From: an uncultured Planctomycetota bacterium
Lineage (GTDB): Bacteria > Planctomycetota > Planctomycetia > Isosphaerales > Isosphaeraceae
Reading direction: 5' to 3'
DNA length: 64,000 nucleotides
Assembly (NCBI GenBank): GCA_963823665.1
Contig: CAWGMQ010000011.1
Coordinates: 224,001 to 288,000 of the forward strand
This document shows, in pieces, positions 9,917 through 21,233 of this stretch. Position 1 is the first letter of the stretch; each line of letters begins with the position of its first letter. The notes beneath the pieces were generated by a model. It was not told the DNA's origin. It saw only the letters and a program-made list of their open reading frames with translations, and searched no databases. Position numbers and translations under genes: made by a program.

Positions 9917-10040
9917 TTCTGCCACTGCGACGAAACTGTAGGGCAGCCCGCCGAGGCAGACGAAGCGAGATGGTTGAGGACATGGCGGCGGGTGAGTGGT
10001 GCCCCGCGGTAGTGAAGACAAAGTTTCAAGGAGAACCAAC

Positions 10041-11729
10041 GTGGCGAAGATCTTGGCCTACAGCGACGAGGCCCGACAGAAGCTGGCCAGTGGCGTGACG
10101 AAGCTGGCGCGGGCTGTCCGTTGCACGCTTGGCCCGCGCGGCCGGAACGCGGTGATTGATAAGGGTTGGGGCAGCCCCACCGTGACCAAGGACGGCGTGA
10201 CCGTGGCCGAGGAGATCGAGCTCACCGATCCGTACGAGAACATGGGTGCTCAGCTCGTGAAGGAGGCGGCGTCCAAAACTTCCGACGCAGCCGGGGACGG
10301 CACGACGACTGCGACTGTTCTGGCCGAGGCCATCTACAAGGAAGGGATCAAGACCCTTTCCGCCGGCGCCGACCCGATGGCGCTCAAGAGAGGGATCGAC
10401 GCGGCTGTAATCGCGCTGGTCGAGGAGATCAAGAAGCAATCCAAGAAAGTCTCCGGCAAGAAGGAGATCACCGAGGTTGCATCGATCGCCGCGAACAACG
10501 ACCGCTCGATCGGCGAGAAGCTAGCGGATGCCTTCGAGAAGGTCGGCACCGACGGCGTGATCACGGTCGAGGAAGGGAAGGCGTTCGAGACGACGGTCGA
10601 CGTTGTCGAAGGCATGCAGTTCGACCGCGGGTATTTGAGCCCTCATTTCGTCACCGACCAGGAGCGAATGGAAGTCGTCCTCGAAGATGTGTTCATCCTG
10701 ATTCACGAGGAAAAGGTCAGCTCGCCGACCAAGCTGATTCCGTTGCTCGAGAAGCTGGCGAAGTCGGGTAAGCCGCTGCTCATCATCGCCGAGGATATCG
10801 AAGGGGAAGCGCTGGCGACCCTGGTGGTGAACAAGCTGCGCGGGATTCTGAAGGTGGCGGCCGTGAAGGCGCCTGGTTATGGTGACCGCCGCAAGGCCAT
10901 GCTGGGCGATATTGCCGTGTTGACCGGCGGCAAGCCGATCTTCAAAGACCTGGGGATCGACCTGGAGAACATTCCGCTTTCCGACTTGGGCCGGGCCAAG
11001 AAGGTGACGATCGACAGCGAGAACACGACGATCGTGGAAGGGCACGGCACGGCGGCGGACATCAAGGGCCGCACCGAGATGATCCGCCGGGAGATCGGCG
11101 AGACCGACAGTGAATACGACCGCGAGAAGCTGCAAGAGCGGCTGGCGAAGCTGGCCGGGGGCATCGCCCAGATCAACGTCGGGGCGGCCACCGAGACCGA
11201 GATGAAAGAGCGGAAAGCATTGGTTGAAGACGCATTGCACGCCACTCGCGCGGCGATCGAGGAAGGCGTGGTTCCGGGAGGCGGCACCGCACTCATCCGC
11301 GCGGCCGCGGCCATCAACCTGAAGCTCCCGGGCGACGAGCAGTTCGGGGCGGACATCGTGAAGCGCGCCGCCGAGCAGCCCGCACGATACATCGCCGAGA
11401 ACGCGGGCATCGACGGAGCGGTTGTGGTAAACCGCATCAAGAAGAGCACCGATCCCAAGTTCGGGTATGACGCCGAGAGCGGGAAGTTCGGCGATATGTT
11501 TGCGGCTGGAATCGTGGATCCGACCAAGGTGACGCGATCGGCCCTCCAGAACGGCGCGTCCGTTGCCGGCTTGCTGCTCACGACCGAAGCCCTGGTGGCG
11601 GAACCTCCCAAGAAAAAGGAGCCAGCCGGCCATCACGATCCGCATCACGGTGGCGGTGGCATGGGTGGCATGGGTGGCATGGGTGGCATGGGCGGGATGG
11701 GTGGCATGGGAGACATGGGGATGATGTGA
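10041..11729 (+). CDS. groEL: Chaperonin GroEL (copy 1, His + GGM tail)
   Basis: [36 protein letters not shown] start after GGAG; C-terminal GGM repeats. Confidence 0.98.
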   Translation: MAKILAYSDEARQKLASGVTKLARAVRCTLGPRGRNAVIDKGWGSPTVTKDGVTVAEEIELTDPYENMGAQLVKEAASKTSDAAGDGTTTATVLAEAIYKEGIKTLSAGADPMALKRGIDAAVIALVEEIKKQSKKVSGKKEITEVASIAANNDRSIGEKLADAFEKVGTDGVITVEEGKAFETTVDVVEGMQFDRGYLSPHFVTDQERMEVVLEDVFILIHEEKVSSPTKLIPLLEKLAKSGKPLLIIAEDIEGEALATLVVNKLRGILKVAAVKAPGYGDRRKAMLGDIAVLTGGKPIFKDLGIDLENIPLSDLGRAKKVTIDSENTTIVEGHGTAADIKGRTEMIRREIGETDSEYDREKLQERLAKLAGGIAQINVGAATETEMKERKALVEDALHATRAAIEEGVVPGGGTALIRAAAAINLKLPGDEQFGADIVKRAAEQPARYIAENAGIDGAVVVNRIKKSTDPKFGYDAESGKFGDMFAAGIVDPTKVTRSALQNGASVAGLLLTTEALVAEPPKKKEPAGHHDPHHGGGGMGGMGGMGGMGGMGGMGDMGMM

Positions 11730-11833
11730 TTCTCCCAGGGTGGTGAGTAATTGTTGATTACGAGGATTCAAGGGCAGATGACATGCGGCCGCGGAGCCGC
11801 GGGGAATTCCAGAGAACGAAGGGCATTTACTCC

Positions 11834-12133
11834 ATGGCGAAGCAGACAATTCGTCCTCTCGAGGACCGTGTGGTGATTCAGCAGATTGAGGCCGAGGAGA
11901 AGACGGCTGGTGGTATTGTGCTTCCTGACACGGCGAAGGAGAAGCCGCAGCGTGGGAAGGTGCTGGCGGTGGGGCCGGGCAAGCTACTGGACTCGGGCGA
12001 TCGGGCACCGATCGGCGTTGTCGAGGGGGATGAAGTGCTGTTCGGGAAGTATTCGGGGACGGAGATCAAGGTCGACGGGCAGGAGATCAAGATCCTGCGG
12101 GAGTCGGACATCCTGGCGAAGATTTTGAAGTGA
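11834..12133 (+). CDS. groES: Co-chaperonin GroES
   Basis: IRPLEDRVV...[18 protein letters not shown]...ESDILA. Confidence 0.98.
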   Translation: MAKQTIRPLEDRVVIQQIEAEEKTAGGIVLPDTAKEKPQRGKVLAVGPGKLLDSGDRAPIGVVEGDEVLFGKYSGTEIKVDGQEIKILRESDILAKILK

Positions 12134-12183
12134 ACGGGAATGGCCGGCGGCGTTCGCTGCCGAGGGGCGGGTGACGCCCTTCA

Positions 12184-12217
12184 CCCCCCCTGGCCCCCCC
12201 TTTGCAAGGGGGGGAAA
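12184..12217. repeat. REP-like palindrome CCCCCCTGGCCCCCCTT..AAGGGGGGGAA
   Basis: Same element at 6499-6532 and twice within 13983-14108. Confidence 0.8.
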
Positions 12218-12335
12218 TGTGGGCGGGGGCTTTCGCTTGCGAGTGGCGGGTCGATCGGATCACTGGCGGGTGGCGTGGCGACCCGCTCAAAACAGGGGTT
12301 TGGTGGCATTTTTTTGATTAGTGGAGTAACCGTCC

Positions 12336-13962
12336 GTGCCTAAACAATTGCTTTTCTCTGAGACGGCTCGCCGCAAGATGATGGAAGGCGTCGACATTCT
12401 GGCGCACGCGGTGGGCTCGACGCTTGGCCCGACGGGCCGGAACGTCATTTTGAGCAAGTCGTTCGGTGGTCCGACCGTGACCAAGGACGGGGTGACCGTG
12501 TCCAAGGAGATCGAGCTGGCCGACCCGTTCGAGAACATGGGTGCGAAGCTGGTGAACGTGGTGGCGTCGAAGACTTCCGACGTAGCGGGCGATGGCACGA
12601 CCACGGCGACGATTCTGGCCCGCGCGATTTTTCGCGAGGGGCTCAAGAACATCACGTCGGGGGCCAATCCGACCGCGGTGCGCCGGGGGATCGAGAAGGC
12701 TGTCGAGGCCGCCGTCAGTGAGCTTTCGAGCAATGTGTCGCGGCCGGTGTCGAAGAAGGAGGAGATTGCCCAGGTCGGATCGATTTCGGCGAACAACGAT
12801 CCGACGATCGGGGCCATGCTTGCGGATGCGGTCGAGCGGGTTGGCCGGGATGGGGTGATCACGGTCGAGGAAGGGAAGACGGCGACGACGGTGCTCGAGT
12901 TTGTCGAGGGGATGCAGTTTGACAAGGGCTACGCGAGCCCGTATTTCGTGACCAACCCGACCACGATGGAGGTCGTATTCGAGGACCCGCTGATCTTGCT
13001 GCACGAGAAGAAGATCAGCAATCTCCGAGAAATGGTGCCTCTTCTCGAGAAGGTGGCGCAGACGGGCAGCCCGTTGCTCATCGTGGCCGAGGACGTGGAA
13101 GGGGAGGCGCTGGCGACTTTGGTGGTCAACAAGCTGCGCGGGGTGCTGAACGTGTGCACGGTCAAGGCGCCGGGGTTCGGCGATCGCCGCAAGGCGATGC
13201 TGGGCGACATGGCGGTGCTGACCGGAGGGACGGTGATCAGCGAGGATCTGGGGCTCAAGCTCGAGAATCTTCAGATCAGCCAGCTTGGGAAGGCCAAGCA
13301 GATCAAGGTGAACAAGGACAGCACGACGATCATTCAGGGTGCGGGCAAGAAGGCCGACATTCAGCGGCGGATCGACCAGCTTCGCCGGCAGATCGAGGAA
13401 ACCGAGAGCGAATACGATAAGGAGAAGTTCCAGGAGCGGCTTGCCAAGCTCTCCGGGGGCGTCGCCTTGATTCGCGTCGGTGCACCGACCGAACTCGACA
13501 TGAAGCAGACGAAGGCACGCATCGAAGATGCGCTGCACGCGACGAGGGCCGCGGCCGAGGAGGGGATTGTACCGGGGGGCGGAGTGGCGCTTCTGCGGGT
13601 GATTCCGGCCGTTGCCAAGCTTCACGACAGCTTGAGCGACGACGAGAGGATCGGATCGGCCATTATGCTTGCGGGCGCTCGAAGAGCCGGTGCGCTACAT
13701 CGCGGCCAACTCGGGCTATGACGGAGGCGTGGTTGCCGAAGAGGTGAAGTCGCGAACGGGGGCTGTCGGCTTTGACGCCAATTCCGGAGACTTTGTCGAC
13801 ATGTTCAAAGCGGGCATCGTCGATCCGACGAAGGTCACGCGGTCGGCCTTGCAGAATGCGGCGTCGATCGCGGGGCTGATGCTCACGACCGAAGCGATGA
13901 TCACCAGCATCAAGGATGACGAGAAGGAGACGGGAGGTCGGGTCGAGGGAGCGGTGAGGTGA
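12336..13962 (+). CDS. groEL: Chaperonin GroEL (copy 2; apparent +1 frameshift near 13668)
   Basis: All GroEL motifs; the frame 13669-13962 supplies RALEEP...[20 protein letters not shown]. Confidence 0.95.
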
Positions 13963-13982
13963 TCGATCCGGGGAGCGGCGCC

Positions 13983-14108
13983 CGCCCGTGCGGACCCCCC
14001 CTGGCCCCCCCTTCGTAAGGGGGGGAAAGATGGAGTGGCCCCGCTTTTCTGGGAGGGGCATCCGCCCGTGCGGACCCCCCCTGGCCCCCCTTCTTAAGGG
14101 GGGGAAGG
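13983..14108. repeat. Tandem pair of REP-like palindromes after groEL2
   Basis: cgcccgtgcggaccccccctggccccccttc..aagggggggaa at 13983 and 14063. Confidence 0.85.
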
Positions 14109-14386
14109 GAATCGGTTAACCCAGTGCGCCGTCGCCCTCAGCGACCGCGCAGTGCCCGTCTCTTCAACCGGGGGTGCGGGTCTTCGAAGGGCGTCGTCGG
14201 GCGTGAGTTGAAGCGGGGTGACTGGAGCGTAATCCAGTCATCTCTGCATGGAGCCGGCGGATTCGATGTGACGAATGGCGGGCTTATGCTATTCTAGAAG
14301 AGGCCTGGACCGGCGTCTGACGCGGATTGCGCCGGCGAGAGAATGCTGCCGCTCCGCGTGCCTTAACCGATCGAGAAGCCATGCCG

Positions 14387-15533
14387 ATGGCCGTCACGAA
14401 GCGAGATTTTTACGAAGTGCTGGGGATTGTTCGCGAGGCCCCGGCGGACGAGATCAAGAAAGCCTATCGCCAGTTGGCCCTCAAGTTTCATCCGGACCGC
14501 AATCCGGGTGACGAGGAGGCGACACGGAAGTTCAAGGAAGCCGCCGAAGCGTACGAGATCCTCTCTGATCCCGAGAAGCGCAAACGGTACGACCGGTACG
14601 GGCACGCCGGACTGAACGGTACGGCGATGCACGATTTTCGCTCGACGGACGACATCATGTCGGCCTTCAGCGACATATTCGGCGGCGGGTTGTTCGGCGA
14701 TCTCTTCGGCGAGCGCCGGCGGGGGCCGAGGGCGGGCGCCGACCTGCTGATGAAGCTGGAGATCGAGCTGGTTGAGGCGGCGCGGGACGACCCGCACGAT
14801 CGAGGTGACCCGGCAAGAGTTTTGCGGCGAGTGTCGTGGATCAGGCGCGAGGAAAGGGACATCGCCGACGACGTGCAACTACTGCGGAGGCCGGGGTCAA
14901 ATCGTTCAGGCCAGGGGGTTCTTCCAGGTGGCGACCACGTGCCCGGCATGCGGCGGCGAAGGCGCTCGGATCACCGATCCTTGCGGTCAATGTCGCGGGG
15001 CGGGACGAATTCCGAACACGGTGCAGCTTCCGGTGCCCGTGCCGCCCGGCGTCGAGAGCGGAATGTGGCTGCAACTGCGAAATCAGGGCGAGCTGGGAGA
15101 CGTGGGGGGACAACGAGGTAATTTACGTATTCAGATTGTGGTGAAGAAGCATCCATTCTTCGAGCGGCGTCGGAACGATTTGATTTGCCAGGTGCCGATC
15201 AGTTTTGCGCAGGCCGCTCTGGGGGCGGTGATCGAGGTACCGACCCTGGACGGACCTGAGGATCTGGAGATTCCGCGGGGGACGCAGAGTGGGGAGACGC
15301 TGCGGATTCGTGGGCGTGGGATGCCTGATATTGGTGGTCGAGCGCGGGGCGATGAGCTTGTGGAGGTGAGCGTGGAGACGCCGAAGCATTTGACTGCGCG
15401 TCAGGAGGAGCTGTTGCGAGAATTCGCCGACATCGAGCACGAGCAGGTGAGCCCGCGGCGCCGGAGTTTCTTCGACAAGCTGCGTGATTATTTCACAGAA
15501 GAGGTTGAGCCTGGAGGCGAGGACGAGTCTTGA
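14387..15533 (+). CDS. dnaJ: Chaperone DnaJ (apparent frameshift near 14783)
   Basis: J domain with HPD, G/F-rich linker; four CxxCxGxG repeats and the C-terminal domain in the second frame. Confidence 0.95.
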
Positions 15534-15585
15534 GTGGATCGGCATTGTTCACCGGAGGATTTGAACGAGGCAGGAGTGGGGGACT

Positions 15586-16191
15586 ATGAGCGAGAAGTCG
15601 CGAGGCGCACACAATTCGGCAGCAGCGGGCGCGGATGCCGCGGTCGATTCAGAAATCGACGATGTTTCCAGGGCCGGTGGTGGGTCAAGCGCCGGAGCGA
15701 AAGGGAATTCGGGTGCGGAAGCGGGCGTCGTCGAGTCGGCGGCGCAGATCAAGCAGGAGCGCGACGAGTATAAAGAGCAGGTGCTACGGGTGCGGGCGGA
15801 GTTTGCGAACTATCAGAAGCGGGCCAAGCAGCAGGCGGAGTCGGATCGAGAGTACGCGATCGGAACGCTGGCGCGGGACCTGCTCGAGCCGCTGGACAAC
15901 CTGGATCGAGCGATCGAGGTACTGCGGGCGTCGGGCGCGGAGGGTGTGACGGCGGGGCTGGACATGGTTACGCGGCAGTTGCACGAGATCCTGGCCAAGC
16001 ATGGCGTGGCGCCGATCGAGGCTCAAGGGCGTCCGTTCGATCCAAACCTTCACGATGCGGTGATCCATCAGCCGTCGCGGGAGCACCCGGAAGGGACCGT
16101 AGTCTCCGAGCTTTCGAAAGGCTATACCATCCGCGAGCGGGTGCTGCGCCCGAGCAAGGTGGCGGTTTCGGCAAAGCCGCCCGCGGAATGA
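15586..16191 (+). CDS. grpE: Nucleotide exchange factor GrpE
   Basis: RAEFANYQKR, LDNLDRA, FDPNLHDAV, GYTIRERVLRPSKV. Confidence 0.96.
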   Translation: MSEKSRGAHNSAAAGADAAVDSEIDDVSRAGGGSSAGAKGNSGAEAGVVESAAQIKQERDEYKEQVLRVRAEFANYQKRAKQQAESDREYAIGTLARDLLEPLDNLDRAIEVLRASGAEGVTAGLDMVTRQLHEILAKHGVAPIEAQGRPFDPNLHDAVIHQPSREHPEGTVVSELSKGYTIRERVLRPSKVAVSAKPPAE

Positions 16192-16283
16192 TCAACGAAC
16201 TCGGCGGCTGCGTTGGCTCGCCTGAGGGCTTTCTTGAGAGCGGTGCATGCGAGGGCATGCCAACCAAGTGAGCGCAACTAATT

Positions 16284-16625
16284 ATGCCGACGTATGACTA
16301 CATCTGCGATGCCTGCGGGCACGAGTTCGAGATTTTCGAGCCGATCACCTCAACGCCGCGGACAGATTGTCCAGAGTGCAAGGAGATCAAGCTGCGAAGA
16401 AAGATTGGTGCCGGAGCGGCGATCATTTTCAAGGGGTCTGGTTTCTACCAGACCGACTACCGCAGCGAGTCTTACAAGAAAGCCGCGCAGGCCGACAAGA
16501 CCGCGAGCGAGCCAGCCAAGGGAGCAGGCGATTCGAATACCAGCTCGAGCTCGAAGCCGGCAGAGTCAACGGGCACAGCGAAGAGCGAGCCTGCGAAGCC
16601 GAGTCCTGCGCCCAAGGGGGACTGA
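16284..16625 (+). CDS. FmdB-family zinc ribbon protein
   Basis: MPTYDYICDACGHEFE...CPEC...FKGSGFYQTDY. Confidence 0.92.
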   Translation: MPTYDYICDACGHEFEIFEPITSTPRTDCPECKEIKLRRKIGAGAAIIFKGSGFYQTDYRSESYKKAAQADKTASEPAKGAGDSNTSSSSKPAESTGTAKSEPAKPSPAPKGD

Positions 16626-16628
16626 CTC

Positions 16629-16865
16629 ATGATGAAGGTGACCTGCCCTGTTTGTTCGAAGACGCTGCAGATCGAAAAGATGCAAGATCTTCCTTCGTTT
16701 CCGTTCTGTAGCGATCGCTGCAGATTGGTCGATCTGGGCCGGTGGATTGACGGGGCTTATGCGATACCGGGTCGGGAGGCGGGCAAGCCCGGCGGTGGTG
16801 GGCCGGGTGAGGCGCACGACGGCAACGGGGTGGCTGCGATTGAGGAGGACGACGCGGAGGATTAG
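16629..16865 (+). CDS. yacG: DNA gyrase inhibitor YacG
   Basis: CPVC...[15 protein letters not shown]. Confidence 0.92.
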   Translation: MMKVTCPVCSKTLQIEKMQDLPSFPFCSDRCRLVDLGRWIDGAYAIPGREAGKPGGGGPGEAHDGNGVAAIEEDDAED

Positions 16866-18103
16866 GCCTGGCCAAGTTCGCGATCGGCGCGGTGGAGGAG
16901 CTCGACGACCTGGAGGCCGTGGGGGCAGGCGGCCTGGGCGGCGGCGAGATCGGCGGTGGCGAGGTTGCGGGCGTCGGGGCTCAAGGCTTGGTAGAGCTCG
17001 CGGGCTCGCTGGCGCTTGCCGTAAACCTCGTGGTAGCGGAGGTAGCGCATGATGTCAGCGACGGCGACTCCGCCGGAGGCCGGCTCGCAGTTGTGGCCGC
17101 AGCCGTGGCAGTAGAGGTGTGCGGTGGCCAGGCGGTATTCTTCGAGGAGCTTCTGGTCGCGTTGGCTCAGGGCGTGGTCGCGGCTGGCGGCCATGTTCTG
17201 TTTGAGCATGTCGCGATTGGTCATCTCGCTGACAATGCAATGAACTCGCTCGTCGGAGAAGACGGTCTTGATTGCAGACGCATGCTTGTCCAATCCCTTG
17301 TCCATGAATTCCTTGAACTTCGGAGCAGCGCCGGCTTCTCTGAAGTCGCCGGCACCGCCCTGAGTTTTCATGGCGACGATGGCGAGCTTCGCTTTGGCGG
17401 CGGCGTCCAAGGCGCGACGGACCGCGTCGGTGCCCATCGTGCGATAGTTGTACTGGATCATGATCTGATCCGTCCAGCCGTTTTCAGCCGCGGCGGTGAC
17501 GATCTCCGGGAGGCTTCGATCGTGACACGAGAGCCCGCAGAATTTGATTTTGCCCGATTTCTTGAGCTTCTCGAAGGCGGCCTTGACGTCGGGATCGGAG
17601 AGGAGCTTGATCTCGCGGCCGCCGACACCGTGAAGGTAGTAGCAGTCGACATAGTCCGTTTTCAGACGCTCGAGGCTTGCGTTCAGCCGCTTCTCGTATG
17701 CCTCGAACGCGCCGGGCCCACCGACTTTCGAGCGGCCGTTTTTGGTGACGAGGTAAACATCCTTCCGCATCCCTGTTCGTTCGAGTACCTTGCCGATTGT
17801 CAGCTCGCAGTTGCCGCCTTCGTAGTTCTCGGACGTGTCGATATAACGAACGCCAGCGAAGATGGCAGCCTGGACGAAGCTCTCCTGGAGCACCCAGCTC
17901 GTGCCCATTCCGAGCACGGAGACCTTTCGTCCGGTTTTGCCGAGCGTGATCTCAGGGAGGCCCTGCTGTGGCTTCTCGGGCTCTTGAGCCCGGGTCGACA
18001 TGCAGGGTGCCACAGCCGCAGCGGCACCGCCGGCGGCGGCCGATTTCAGGAACGCACGCCGGTTATCAACATCGCCAGAACCACTGCGAGTGTCCGCCGC
18101 CAT
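16862..18103 (-). CDS. Tat-exported aldo/keto reductase with a C-terminal Cys cluster
   Basis: NRRAFLK signal; [38 protein letters not shown]...CP. Confidence 0.9.
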   Translation of the reverse strand: MAADTRSGSGDVDNRRAFLKSAAAGGAAAAVAPCMSTRAQEPEKPQQGLPEITLGKTGRKVSVLGMGTSWVLQESFVQAAIFAGVRYIDTSENYEGGNCELTIGKVLERTGMRKDVYLVTKNGRSKVGGPGAFEAYEKRLNASLERLKTDYVDCYYLHGVGGREIKLLSDPDVKAAFEKLKKSGKIKFCGLSCHDRSLPEIVTAAAENGWTDQIMIQYNYRTMGTDAVRRALDAAAKAKLAIVAMKTQGGAGDFREAGAAPKFKEFMDKGLDKHASAIKTVFSDERVHCIVSEMTNRDMLKQNMAASRDHALSQRDQKLLEEYRLATAHLYCHGCGHNCEPASGGVAVADIMRYLRYHEVYGKRQRARELYQALSPDARNLATADLAAAQAACPHGLQVVELLHRADRELGQA

Positions 18104-18251
18104 AGGTGTGTTCCCCTCGAAGTCGAGAACGGGCTAGAGAGGGCGTCTCGGCACATGCGAGCGCACCTGGGCTCTCTACGCTCGGTCGCCTAATATTGTT
18201 GTGATGGGGTTTGGCGATGGTCAACAAAGATTTGACGAATTTGAACCGAGG

Positions 18252-20768
18252 TCAATTCTGTGGCAGCGGAGGCAGGTCGATCGGCGGCAGCTCGGGAAGG
18301 TCGTCCGCGGCCGGGGCGCTGCGACTGCCGGCGCCGGCAGCGGACGTGGTCGTTTGTGGCGGGGCCGTTTGCGTGCGCACCGGATTCGCCAGGGAGCCGC
18401 CGCCTGGATTGGGCGAAACCGAGGGTCGTCCCAGTGATTCCGCGACGCTTGATCGCCCCATTCCGGGGACAGTCGGGTCGATGAGCGAAGCCGTTCGCGC
18501 TGTGTTCGGAGAGCCGGGCGGGCCGCCGGTCAGCCGGACGTCGGCGGCGGCACCGGCACCCTGCGGCGGCTGTGCTGCTGCCCTGGCTCCGGCGCCGGCT
18601 CCGGGCTGGGTCTGGGAGAGGGTTGGCAGGATGTGTGCCGGACTGTATGGGGGCAGCGGCGAGGGGTCAGGTCCGAGTGGGCCGGCGGGCGCTGGTAGGG
18701 GCGGACCTTCGGGGGCCCCAACGCCCGGAGGCGCCTGGGGATCGACTGGATCAGGGTTAAGCGGGCCGACTTGTCGCTGGGGAACCTGGGGACCGTCTTG
18801 GCCGAAGATGCTGATCCGGCGATGGGCGCCCTGGATGTCGGCGGCCTGCCTGTAGGCCTTGGCCGGATGCGGCCCTTCGGCGACGGCGATATTGTCGTAA
18901 GCGAGCAGGGTTCCCTTCGCTTCTTCGAGGGCGACGATCGAGATGTTGTAAGTGGTCTTGTACTGGGCTTCGGTGGCAACGGCCGTGGCGTACTGGCTGA
19001 CCGCATCCAGGAAGCGGTCGATGGTGATCCGGCCTTCCTCGTAGTAGGCACGCTGTGATTCGAGCCGAAGCGCGGCGGCGGCCCGGAGCCGAGAGGCTGT
19101 TTTGAATTGCTTGTAGTTGGCGTCGATCTCCAGGAAGAATCGAGCGAGAGAATGGGTGGTCTGGTGGACAATTTGTTGCATATAAGCACGTGCTCGCAGC
19201 AAGGCATACTGCGCGGACCGGGTGTTGGCGAGTGGCGCCCGCATGCCGATCGGGACCTGGAAGGTCAAGCCGATCTGCCATTGCGTGAAGTTGCTGTAGT
19301 TGCCGGGCTGCGAGTTGAGGCCGGCTTCGCGCTGGAGGTTAGCGATGACCGGGTTCAAGGCCTTCAAGGTGGCTCCGGTCATGGTCGCCTCGGCGGAGTC
19401 GAGCTGCTGGCCCAAGCCGTTGAGCTGATAGAGGGCTTGCAAGCTCAACTGCGGAAGCAACTGATTTCGTGCGATCAGGAGCTGGAGCTCGGCGACGCGG
19501 ACCAGGAGTTGCTGCTGCACGATGTCGGGCTGGAAGTTGAGCATCTGGGCGAGGCTGCTTTCCCAATCGGGCTCGAGGCGAGCTTCGGTTGGGGGTGTGA
19601 CGGGAATGATGCGCCGATTGTCAGCTGGGGGGAGGCCGAGGATGTTGCGGAGCTGTCGCTCGGTGGTGATGACGTCGGAGGTTCGGGTGACCAGGTCGAG
19701 ATTGAACTGTTCGAGCCGCTGGGCGGCTTCAGCGACATCGGCGATGGTACCGCGGCCGACGACGAGCTCGGCTTGCTCGCGGTTCAAGATTTCTTGAGCG
19801 AGGCTGACGGCGCGGTCGGAGCTCCAGAGCTGGACGTGGGCCTGGGCGAGGTTCCAGTACTGCTGCTCGACGGAGCGAACGTGGGCCATCACCTCAGCCT
19901 TGAATCGCCAGACTGCTGCGTCGGCGTTCAATCGCTGAATGACGATGTTGGCGCGATTGGCTTCGAGGCCGACGGGTCTGGGGGTGGCCTGTCCCGGAAG
20001 AGGGGCAGAGCCCAAGAGGGGCTGAGTCAAGGTGAGCTGAAGATTGGTGGTATAGGCCGAGGGCCAGACGAGGAACGAGCTGTTCTGGTAGGACCAGGCG
20101 ACGTTGTGGACGATGCCGATCGTGCCACCGTACTCGGTTTGCTTCGAGAGTCCGGCCTGAAAACTGAGCGAATCGTTGACCGAGATGATGGGGAACTTGG
20201 TTCCGGTCAAGGAGAGCGATCCGCCCTGCACACCGTTGTTGAAGGGCTGAACGGTATCACCCCAGAGGACGCTGGTGGTGAAGGCGGTGTCGAACTGGGA
20301 GAGTGCCGAGGCGATCTGGGTTTCCTGGATGGCCGGGTCATACACCGATTGGAGCGTGCCGGCACCGAGGGAGCTGGCGACACCAGCCGAGGCACCGGTG
20401 TTCAAGGGGGTGGGCTCGAAGCCGCCGATGGGGATGCCCTGAGCGCCGAAGGCGATGACGCGGACGATTTCGGAATTATCCAGACCGATGCGGATGGCCT
20501 CCTGCAGCTTGAGCGGCCAGATCTCCTGCGCCTCGGGGTCATTCGTCGTGCGCGGCTTGGAGAGCCTCGGCACCTGGAGGGGCATGGTCGCGCTCAGGAG
20601 ATCGGCCCTCTTGATCTCCTTGTCCTCGAGCGCGACGCGCCCGAGATTGTCATGCGGGACAGGCTTGGCCTGATCGAGGTAGGGGAGCCTCTGGCACCCG
20701 GATGAGATCATCCAGGCCGCAAGCACCGCTACCTGAATCGACCGATTCCTGCATTGGCTCAATCGCAT
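18252..20768 (-). CDS. TolC-family outer membrane lipoprotein with a Pro-rich C-terminal tail
   Basis: Lipobox-like ISSGC; LQEAIRIGLDNS, VEQQYWNL, ARNQLLPQL, LEEAKGTLL helical repeats. Confidence 0.85.
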   Translation of the reverse strand: MRLSQCRNRSIQVAVLAAWMISSGCQRLPYLDQAKPVPHDNLGRVALEDKEIKRADLLSATMPLQVPRLSKPRTTNDPEAQEIWPLKLQEAIRIGLDNSEIVRVIAFGAQGIPIGGFEPTPLNTGASAGVASSLGAGTLQSVYDPAIQETQIASALSQFDTAFTTSVLWGDTVQPFNNGVQGGSLSLTGTKFPIISVNDSLSFQAGLSKQTEYGGTIGIVHNVAWSYQNSSFLVWPSAYTTNLQLTLTQPLLGSAPLPGQATPRPVGLEANRANIVIQRLNADAAVWRFKAEVMAHVRSVEQQYWNLAQAHVQLWSSDRAVSLAQEILNREQAELVVGRGTIADVAEAAQRLEQFNLDLVTRTSDVITTERQLRNILGLPPADNRRIIPVTPPTEARLEPDWESSLAQMLNFQPDIVQQQLLVRVAELQLLIARNQLLPQLSLQALYQLNGLGQQLDSAEATMTGATLKALNPVIANLQREAGLNSQPGNYSNFTQWQIGLTFQVPIGMRAPLANTRSAQYALLRARAYMQQIVHQTTHSLARFFLEIDANYKQFKTASRLRAAAALRLESQRAYYEEGRITIDRFLDAVSQYATAVATEAQYKTTYNISIVALEEAKGTLLAYDNIAVAEGPHPAKAYRQAADIQGAHRRISIFGQDGPQVPQRQVGPLNPDPVDPQAPPGVGAPEGPPLPAPAGPLGPDPSPLPPYSPAHILPTLSQTQPGAGAGARAAAQPPQGAGAAADVRLTGGPPGSPNTARTASLIDPTVPGMGRSSVAESLGRPSVSPNPGGGSLANPVRTQTAPPQTTTSAAGAGSRSAPAADDLPELPPIDLPPLPQN

Positions 20769-21233
20769 GGCCAGCCGTCCTTGACTAAGATCGCCATGTG
20801 ACGATGTGTTCGATCCGTGGCACCCGCCGCGCCATCCTTGGCTTGGCTTCGAGTTTTTGCCACCCACTTCGCGATGCCGGGGCTCTAAGTGCCCCGGCTC
20901 TGGTCTCACGGCGGGAGAGTCTGACATGCCGCAAGGATCTCGTCTCAAACAGAAAGGTCTTTGTCCGGGCACCCGTACCGGGCACCGCACTTTTTCGAGT
21001 CAACCGGGTGGCGCAGGCGCCTTCGTTGGGTCTACGCGATCGACTCGTCGGATTGAATCGGACTTTAACGACGTGCGACTTGAAGCGATCGGGCGGATTT
21101 TATCGATTTTGTCGATTTTGCTCCGGCAGAGGCGGAGCGGCGCCCGCAGGTTGAATACCATGTTGGGAGCGGACCGGCAAGCTCAGAGGGCCCAGAAATT
21201 GGGCGATGGCTCGGTGCGGAGGATGTGGTTCAG

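Noticed and set aside
10521..13625. Long minus-strand ORFs opposite groEL, and similar shadow ORFs at 6761-8443, 16892-18193, 19107-20705, 21225-22943 and 42170-43978
   Set aside because: Antisense shadows of high-GC genes with no recognisable motifs.
13660..14790. Programmed frameshifting or phase variation in groEL2 and dnaJ
   Set aside because: No slippery heptamer or long simple repeat; the window-wide indel pattern points to sequencing error.
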